Shown one piece after another: positions 58,281-64,000 of a stretch of 64,000 bases of DNA; positions within the stretch are counted from its first letter, which is position 1, and the number at the start of each line of letters is the position of its first letter. The stretch is taken from the NCBI GenBank assembly GCA_031409275.1, contig JANNXA010000036.1:1-64000 (forward strand). The letters are read 5' to 3'. A program made the position numbers and the translations under genes. The DNA comes from Planctomycetota bacterium (lineage in GTDB: Bacteria > Planctomycetota > B15-G4 > SIAN01). The notes beneath the pieces are model-generated. The model saw only the letters and a program-made list of their open reading frames with translations, had not been told where the DNA came from and made no database searches.

Positions 58281-59437
58281 TGCCCGATCTCCGGCGGCGC
58301 GTCTTCGAGCGGATCGACCGTTCGCGGCGCCGGCTCGTCGCGTTGCAGCTGCGCCCGCAGTTCGCGCACCTGATTGGGCACGTAGAAGAGCCGGTAGAAG
58401 ACCTGGTCGGCCGGCAGCGGTCGCGTCATGGTCTGCGCGCGCAGCAGATACTCCTCGAAGGCCGCGAGCGCTTGTTCGGGATGGTTGCGCTGCTTCATCT
58501 CGACCACGCCGATGTTGTAGAGCGCGGTGAGGCACTCGCGATCGAGCGCCAGCGAGTGTTCCCACGCCGCGATCGCCTCGCCATCGCGATTGCGGCGGGC
58601 GAAAGCGGTCCCGAGGTCGAGCCACGCGTCGCGTGCCAGCTCGAGTGCTTCGGGAGTCGGCGCTTCGCCGACCGTTGCGAGGATCGCGCGCAGCTGCTTC
58701 TCGGCGGCCGTCGCGTCGCTGCGATCATCGGCCTCGAGCAGCAGCTGCGCGAGCCGATGGCGCTCGAACGGATCGCCGGCCGTGATCTCGACCAGCAGTT
58801 CGCGCGCCTCGATCGCCCGCTCGCGCGTGCCGCCGTCCTGTTCGAGGTCGGCAAGCATCCGCAACGCCTCGATCAGCGACGGGTCACGCGCCAGCGCCTC
58901 GTCGCAGAGCACCCGGGCCCGATCGGCGCGTCCGTCGCGCTGCTCCAGGAAGGCCAGTCCGTACCTGGCAAAGGCGAAGTCATCGTCCTGATCGATCGCG
59001 GCGGTTAGCAGATTGCGCGCCTCGGCCGACCGCTCCGGCAGGAGAGCGCGCGCGGCGAGCAGCTTCTCCGCGGCGGTCGCGACCGGGCCACTCGCGTAGC
59101 GCTCGCGCGCGGCGCGTTCATCGAGCGCGATCTCGAGGTCCTGCACCAGCAAGGCGGCCCGAATCTCCTCGGGCGCCGCCACTTGCGCGAGCCGCGCCGA
59201 GATCAACGCCGATTCGAGCAGCGAACGGCGCTCGACCTCGCCAACCGTCGCCGCGTGTCGCTGGGCCTCGACCGCTCGCGCCATGGCGGCCGCCACTGCC
59301 GGCGCGAACTCGACCGGCTGCGCCCGCAGCCTCGACGCGCAGCCCCCCGACGCGAGCGCCAGCACCACGAGCAGCGGCAGAATCCGCCACGAACCGTGCG
59401 CCGGCGCCGCGAACCTGTCGGCCCCGCCGCGTGTCAC
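58277..59437 (-). CDS. Tetratricopeptide-repeat lipoprotein
   Basis: Signal LPLLVVLALASGGC; TPR-like AFARYGLA, AWLDLGTAF and ALYNIG segments. Confidence 0.8.
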   Translation of the reverse strand: MTRGGADRFAAPAHGSWRILPLLVVLALASGGCASRLRAQPVEFAPAVAAAMARAVEAQRHAATVGEVERRSLLESALISARLAQVAAPEEIRAALLVQDLEIALDERAARERYASGPVATAAEKLLAARALLPERSAEARNLLTAAIDQDDDFAFARYGLAFLEQRDGRADRARVLCDEALARDPSLIEALRMLADLEQDGGTRERAIEARELLVEITAGDPFERHRLAQLLLEADDRSDATAAEKQLRAILATVGEAPTPEALELARDAWLDLGTAFARRNRDGEAIAAWEHSLALDRECLTALYNIGVVEMKQRNHPEQALAAFEEYLLRAQTMTRPLPADQVFYRLFYVPNQVRELRAQLQRDEPAPRTVDPLEDAPPEIGQ

Positions 59438-60450
59438 TTCCGCGGTGCGAGGCCGCGCACGCCGATGCGCGTGCGGACCTCCTCCATCGTCGCCTGCGCG
59501 ATGGCCGCCGCCTTCTTGCGGCCAACTTCGAGCAGATCGTGCAGGTCATCGGGCCGTGCCCGCCACGCCGCTTGTGCTTCGCGAATCGGCGTCAGCTGCT
59601 CGATGACACGATCGGCGAGCTCCTTCTTGCAGTCGACGCATCCGAGCGCGGCGCTGCGGCAGTCGCGCTCGATCGCCTCGACGCGCGCCGGATCGCGCGG
59701 GCCGGTGAAGCAGCCGTGCAACGTAAAGATGTTGCAGATCTCCGGATGGCCCGGATCGTTGCGGCGCAGTCGCGCGGGATCGGTGACGGCGACCTTCAGC
59801 TTGGCGCGGATCGCGTCGGGCGCTTCGCCGATGGCGATGGTGTTGCCCTTCGACTTCGACATCTTCGAGTTGCCGTCGAGCCCCTTCAGTCGCGCCAGCT
59901 TCGAGAGCAGCGGCTGCGGTTCGGGAAAGGTCTCGCCGAAGCGACGGTTGAAGCGGCGCGCGATCTCGCGGGACAGCTCGAGGTGCTGCACCTGGTCCTC
60001 ACCGACGGGGACGCGGTCGGCCTTGTAGAGCAGGATGTCGGCGGCCTGCAGCACCGGGTAGGTGAGGATGCCGGCGTTGAGGTTTTCGCTGTGCTGCGCC
60101 GCCTTGTCCTTGTACTGCGTCATCCGCTCGAGTTCGCCGACCATCGTGCAGCAGATGAAGATCCACCCGAGTTCGGTGTGCTCGGGCACAGCCGACTGGC
60201 GGAAGAGCGTCACCTTCGCCGGGTCGAGGCCGCACGCGAGCAGGCTCGCCGCCATGTCGAGCGAGTTCGAGCGCATCTGGTCGGGCGACAGGTCGATCGA
60301 CAGCGCGTGGTAGTCGACGATGGCGTAGAGCGCGTCGGCGCGATCGGGCGCGGCCTGCTGCTCCACCCATTGGCGGATCGCGCCGAGGTAGTTGCCGAGA
60401 TGGGGTTCGCCGGTCGGTTGGATGCCGCTGAAGATGCGGTGACGTGCCAT
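59434..60450 (-). CDS. trpS: Tryptophan--tRNA ligase
   Basis: FSGIQPTG, HLGN, YPVLQAADIL, VPVGEDQ and KMSKS motifs. Confidence 0.98.
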   Translation of the reverse strand: MARHRIFSGIQPTGEPHLGNYLGAIRQWVEQQAAPDRADALYAIVDYHALSIDLSPDQMRSNSLDMAASLLACGLDPAKVTLFRQSAVPEHTELGWIFICCTMVGELERMTQYKDKAAQHSENLNAGILTYPVLQAADILLYKADRVPVGEDQVQHLELSREIARRFNRRFGETFPEPQPLLSKLARLKGLDGNSKMSKSKGNTIAIGEAPDAIRAKLKVAVTDPARLRRNDPGHPEICNIFTLHGCFTGPRDPARVEAIERDCRSAALGCVDCKKELADRVIEQLTPIREAQAAWRARPDDLHDLLEVGRKKAAAIAQATMEEVRTRIGVRGLAPRK

Positions 60451-60519
60451 GCGATCCCTTTGGTTGCGCCTTGCGGCGCGCGAGCATAACTTCGCCCGCG
60501 TCCGCACGCGGAGGGGAGC

Positions 60520-62046
60520 TTGAGCGGTCGATCGCGCGCGCGCGCCACGAAATCCTCGTCCACCACCATCGCAGCGGCGCTCGTCGCCATGCTGGCGGTA
60601 TCGGGCTGCGCCGGCTCGGACATCGACGCCAACCCGTTCCACGTCGGCCGCACCTACGACACTGGCCACGGCGAAGCGGCGCGCGTGCAGGTGCTTGGCC
60701 CCCTCTGGGACGATTCGATCGAGCCCGATCGGCGCGAGACGGCGCTCCACCCCTTGTGGCGCCGGGTCGAGACGCCGACCGAAGTCCGAACGCAGGTGCT
60801 CGCCCCCCTCTTCGCCAACCGGACGACGGCCGACGAGAGCAGTTCGCGCTTCCTGGCGCTCGCCTTTTCCCGGACCCACCGTTCGAGCAGCACGACCGGC
60901 GACTACGACTTCATGTTCTTTCCGCTGCTGTGGTGGGGAAACGGCGATCGCGCCGCCGAGCGCTACTTCGCCCTGTTCCCGGTCGGTGGCGTCATCGAGA
61001 GCTTCGGCGGCTTCGCGCGGGTCGGCTTCGTCCTCTTCCCGCTCTACTACTGGGCCACCAAGGAGATCACCGAGTCGGAGACGTTCCACAACATCACGCC
61101 GTTCTTCGGCTGGGTCGACGGCGGACCGCGCGACGGCTCTTGGCGCGTGCTGCCACTCGTCGGCCACTGGAAATACGAGGGCAAGTACGACAAGTGGTCG
61201 GTCCTGTGGCCCTTCCTCCACTGGCAGAGGAACCGCCTCGACACGAACGACCCGTCGACCAACTTCGCCTTCTGGCCGCTGTTTGGTCTCGAGCGCAGCA
61301 AGCGAATCCACTTCCTCTCCTTCCTCTGGCCCTTCTTCCGCTTCCGGACCGAGCGCGTCGAGAGTTTCGATGAGGCAAACGTCCGTACCGAGAGCGAGTA
61401 CTGGCGGCGCGACGTCCTGTGGCCGCTGTGGCGCAGCGAACACGAGCGCGACTGGGACTACTTGCGCCTCTTCCCCTTCTTCTCGCGCTACCGCAGCGCG
61501 GAGCTCGACAGCGACGCCTACGCGATCCCGCTGCTGTGGCGCCGCACGACGCGCGAGCGCGATTGGACCAAGCAGACGTTCGACTTCGTCCCGCTCGTCC
61601 ACTGGGAGCGCAAGACCTGGAACACGCCGGCCGCGGGCGGCCCTCCTCGCGCCGACGACACCGCATTCAAGCTGTGGCCGCTCTTCTCCGTCAGCGACGA
61701 GGCGAGCGCGAACGAGGTCAAGGTACCGGCGCTGCTGCCGCTCGACCTCGAGCGCTACACCGGCGACTTCGAGGCGAGCTTCGGTCCGCTCTTCGAGCTC
61801 TGGCACACGCGACGAGCGGCGGACGGCAGCGTCCGCGGCAACGCACTGCTGCGCCTGGTCGACTGGGAATCGCGCGACGGGCGCGACCGATTCTCGATTC
61901 CTCTGCTCTACTCCCTCGACCGCACGCCGACCCGGACCACCCATCGCCTGTTGCTGGGCATGCTTCGCTTCGGCAGCGGCGAGGGCGGCGCGGAGTTCAA
62001 GCTCCTCGGCATGCCGATCCTGACCCCCGAGGTTGCATCCCGGTGA
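60520..62046 (+). CDS. Uncharacterised lipoprotein with about 20 aromatic (L/F)WP(F/L)F-type repeats
   Basis: Lipobox LAVSGC; repeating hydrophobic-Pro-aromatic units; TGA overlaps the mlaE GTG. Start uncertain. Confidence 0.8.
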   Translation: MSGRSRARATKSSSTTIAAALVAMLAVSGCAGSDIDANPFHVGRTYDTGHGEAARVQVLGPLWDDSIEPDRRETALHPLWRRVETPTEVRTQVLAPLFANRTTADESSSRFLALAFSRTHRSSSTTGDYDFMFFPLLWWGNGDRAAERYFALFPVGGVIESFGGFARVGFVLFPLYYWATKEITESETFHNITPFFGWVDGGPRDGSWRVLPLVGHWKYEGKYDKWSVLWPFLHWQRNRLDTNDPSTNFAFWPLFGLERSKRIHFLSFLWPFFRFRTERVESFDEANVRTESEYWRRDVLWPLWRSEHERDWDYLRLFPFFSRYRSAELDSDAYAIPLLWRRTTRERDWTKQTFDFVPLVHWERKTWNTPAAGGPPRADDTAFKLWPLFSVSDEASANEVKVPALLPLDLERYTGDFEASFGPLFELWHTRRAADGSVRGNALLRLVDWESRDGRDRFSIPLLYSLDRTPTRTTHRLLLGMLRFGSGEGGAEFKLLGMPILTPEVASR

Positions 62047-62840
62047 TCCGCTTCTTCTCGTTCCTCGGCCGCACGATCGAAGAGGCGGTGCAAGGCACCG
62101 GCAAAACGGTCGAACTGCTGATCGTGGCGTCGCTCTACGTGAGGCACGCCTGGAAGCGCCGCCGCTTCCTGCTCGAGCAGCTCTACACCTGCGGCATTCG
62201 TCCTCTGCCGGTCGTCCTTGTCGTCGCCCTCTTCACCGGGATGATCCTCGCGCTGCAGACGGGCATCGAGCTCGACCGCTTCGGTGCCAAGGACCGGATC
62301 GCCTCGATCATCGGGCTCGGGCTGTGTCGCGAGATGGGCCCGTTCATGACGGCGCTGATCCTGACCGCGAGCGTCGGGTCGGGCATCGCCGCCGAGATCG
62401 CCACGATGAAGGTCTCGGAGGAGATCGACGCCCTCGAGATCATGTCGATCCGACCCGAGTCGTTCCTGGTGATGCCGCGCCTCATCGCCATGGCGATCGC
62501 GACCCCGGTGCTGACGTTCGTCACTGACACGGTCGGCGTCCTCGGCGGCTGCCTCGTCGGCGCCACGCGGCTACGCATCGCGCCCGAGCTCTTTCTGAAG
62601 CACGTGGTCGAATCGCTGTCGCAGGACTTGACGATCTTCGGCTTGCCCAAGGACCTCTACACGGGGCTCGCCAAGGCCTTCGTCTTCGGGATCATCATCG
62701 CGGTGGTCGGCAGCGCGACGGGCCTGCGCGCCACCGGTGGCGCCATCGGGGTCGGCCGCGCCACTCGTAGCGCCGTCATCCAGAGCTTCGTCCTCATCAT
62801 CGTGGTCGGGTACTACCTGACTTCGCTCTTCTACTCGTGA
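62043..62840 (+). CDS. mlaE: MlaE-family ABC permease
   Basis: FTGMILALQ, REMGP, GSGIAAEIATMKVSEEIDALE, PRL and GVGRAT motifs. Confidence 0.94.
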   Translation: MIRFFSFLGRTIEEAVQGTGKTVELLIVASLYVRHAWKRRRFLLEQLYTCGIRPLPVVLVVALFTGMILALQTGIELDRFGAKDRIASIIGLGLCREMGPFMTALILTASVGSGIAAEIATMKVSEEIDALEIMSIRPESFLVMPRLIAMAIATPVLTFVTDTVGVLGGCLVGATRLRIAPELFLKHVVESLSQDLTIFGLPKDLYTGLAKAFVFGIIIAVVGSATGLRATGGAIGVGRATRSAVIQSFVLIIVVGYYLTSLFYS

Positions 62841-63655
62841 GCGCGCGCGTGGAACCTCCGTCCGAAGCTGCTGCTCCCCCTGCCTCGGCTGGCACCGACG
62901 AGGTGCTGATCCGCATGGTGGACGTGCACAAGGCGTTCGGACGCAAGCAGGTGCTGCGCGGGATCAACCTCGATGTGCGGCGCGGCGAGACCTTCGTCAT
63001 CCTCGGCCCATCGGGCACCGGCAAGTCGTGCCTGCTCAAGCTGCTGGTCGGGCTGCTCGAGCCGGATGCTGGCGAAGTATGGGTCGGCAAGGAGCGCGTC
63101 GACCACGCCACGCACCGCGTCCTCTGGGAGGTGCGCGGCCGCATCGGCTACCTGTTCCAGTCGAGCGCGCTGATCAACTGGCTCTCGGTCGCCGAGAACG
63201 TCGCCCTTCCGCTCGCGGAGCACACGCGACTGCGCCGGCACGAGATCGATCGGCGCGTGGACGAGTACCTCTCGAAGGTCCACATGCTGCAGTCGAAGTA
63301 CCAGATGCCAGCCGAACTCTCGGGCGGGCAGAAGCGCCGCGTCGCGCTGGCGCGCGTGCTGGCGGGGGCGCCGACCATCATCCTTTACGACGAACCCACC
63401 GCCGGACTCGATCCGGTGATGACGGCGAACATCGCCGCCCTGATCCGCAGCGTGCAGCGCGAGTTCGGCGTCACCTCGATCCTCGTCACCCATGACCTGC
63501 CATGCGCGTGGGAGGCCGGCGATCGCGTCGCCTTCGTCGATGGCGGCACGGTCGTCCACTGCGACTCGACGCAACGGTTCCAGCACAGCAGCCATCCGGC
63601 GCTGCGCAACTTCCTGAGCGGCGGCCGTACCCCCGCATCCGGAGCTCCGCGATGA
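62837..63655 (+). CDS. mlaF: MlaF-family ABC ATPase
   Basis: GPSGTGKS, LFQSSAL, LSGGQ, YDEPTAGLDP and VTHD motifs. Confidence 0.92.
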   Translation: MSARVEPPSEAAAPPASAGTDEVLIRMVDVHKAFGRKQVLRGINLDVRRGETFVILGPSGTGKSCLLKLLVGLLEPDAGEVWVGKERVDHATHRVLWEVRGRIGYLFQSSALINWLSVAENVALPLAEHTRLRRHEIDRRVDEYLSKVHMLQSKYQMPAELSGGQKRRVALARVLAGAPTIILYDEPTAGLDPVMTANIAALIRSVQREFGVTSILVTHDLPCAWEAGDRVAFVDGGTVVHCDSTQRFQHSSHPALRNFLSGGRTPASGAPR

Positions 63656-64000
63656 ACGCGATCCGCCACACGATCCTCGGCCTCTTCTTCTTCGTGACGC
63701 TCGTCGCGCTCGGCTTCATGACGATCTACCTCGGCGACGTCACGACGACCGCGCAGCGCACCACGCTCATCGCCTACTTCGCCAACGTCGAAGGACTTGG
63801 CGCCGGCGATCCGGTGATGGTCTACGGCGTGCAGAGCGGCCGCGTGATCAAGGTCGAGTTCACTCCCGGCAACCCGCCACCGGAACGGCGGCTTCGCGTC
63901 ACCTTCGTGGTCGACGTCCCGGTCGAGCTCAAAGAGGACTACGCCATCGCGATCGGCAGCCCGTCGCTGCTCGGCGGCAAGCAACTCGACCTGATGGCGG
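63652..64000 (+). CDS. mlaD: MlaD/MCE-domain protein (partial, runs off the window)
   Basis: Manual translation: MNAIRHTILGLFFFVTLVALGFMTI...FANVEGLGAGDPVMVYGVQSGRV...SLLGGKQLDL. Confidence 0.88.
   Translation, partial: MNAIRHTILGLFFFVTLVALGFMTIYLGDVTTTAQRTTLIAYFANVEGLGAGDPVMVYGVQSGRVIKVEFTPGNPPPERRLRVTFVVDVPVELKEDYAIAIGSPSLLGGKQLDLMA

Noticed and set aside
59434..61944. Apparent 836-aa TrpRS
   Set aside because: The extension is antisense to the repeat lipoprotein; TrpRS starts at 60450.

Overview
Very GC-rich bacterial core-genome window, most likely from Planctomycetota. This assignment is an inference from the EF-Tu effector loop [19 protein letters not shown], the SecE N-terminus, the RpoB rifampicin-region sequence and the missing L30. 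From left to right: (i) a minus-strand division/cell-wall (dcw) operon, mraZ-rsmH-ftsL-like-ftsI-murE-murF-mraY-ftsW-[2xLysM membrane protein]-murG-murC-murB, with no murD and no ddl/ftsQ/ftsA/ftsZ before the window edge, preceded by a Zn-finger and a HEAT-repeat gene; (ii) dnaE and a displaced adk on the plus strand; (iii) a ~32.5 kb minus-strand translation/transcription supercluster (tRNA-Thr/Tyr/Gly, tuf, rpmG, secE, nusG, rplKAJL, rpoBC, rpsLG, a divergent fusA, then the S10, spc and alpha operons); (iv) a receiver protein, an Smr-less MutS2, a trans-sulfuration enzyme, HU/IHF, an LPS-kinase-like gene and trpS-TPR lipoprotein-dtd; (v) an Mla/MCE ABC transporter operon led by an uncharacterised repeat lipoprotein. 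No mobile elements, CRISPR arrays or rRNA were seen. The best leads are the repeat lipoprotein coupled to mlaEFD, the LysM protein embedded in a planctomycete-type dcw operon, and an EF-G with degenerate domain IV loops that appears cut off from rpsL-rpsG by a terminator. Four promoters also share 16-bp spacers. All functional calls come from motif recognition by eye; no database searches were run.
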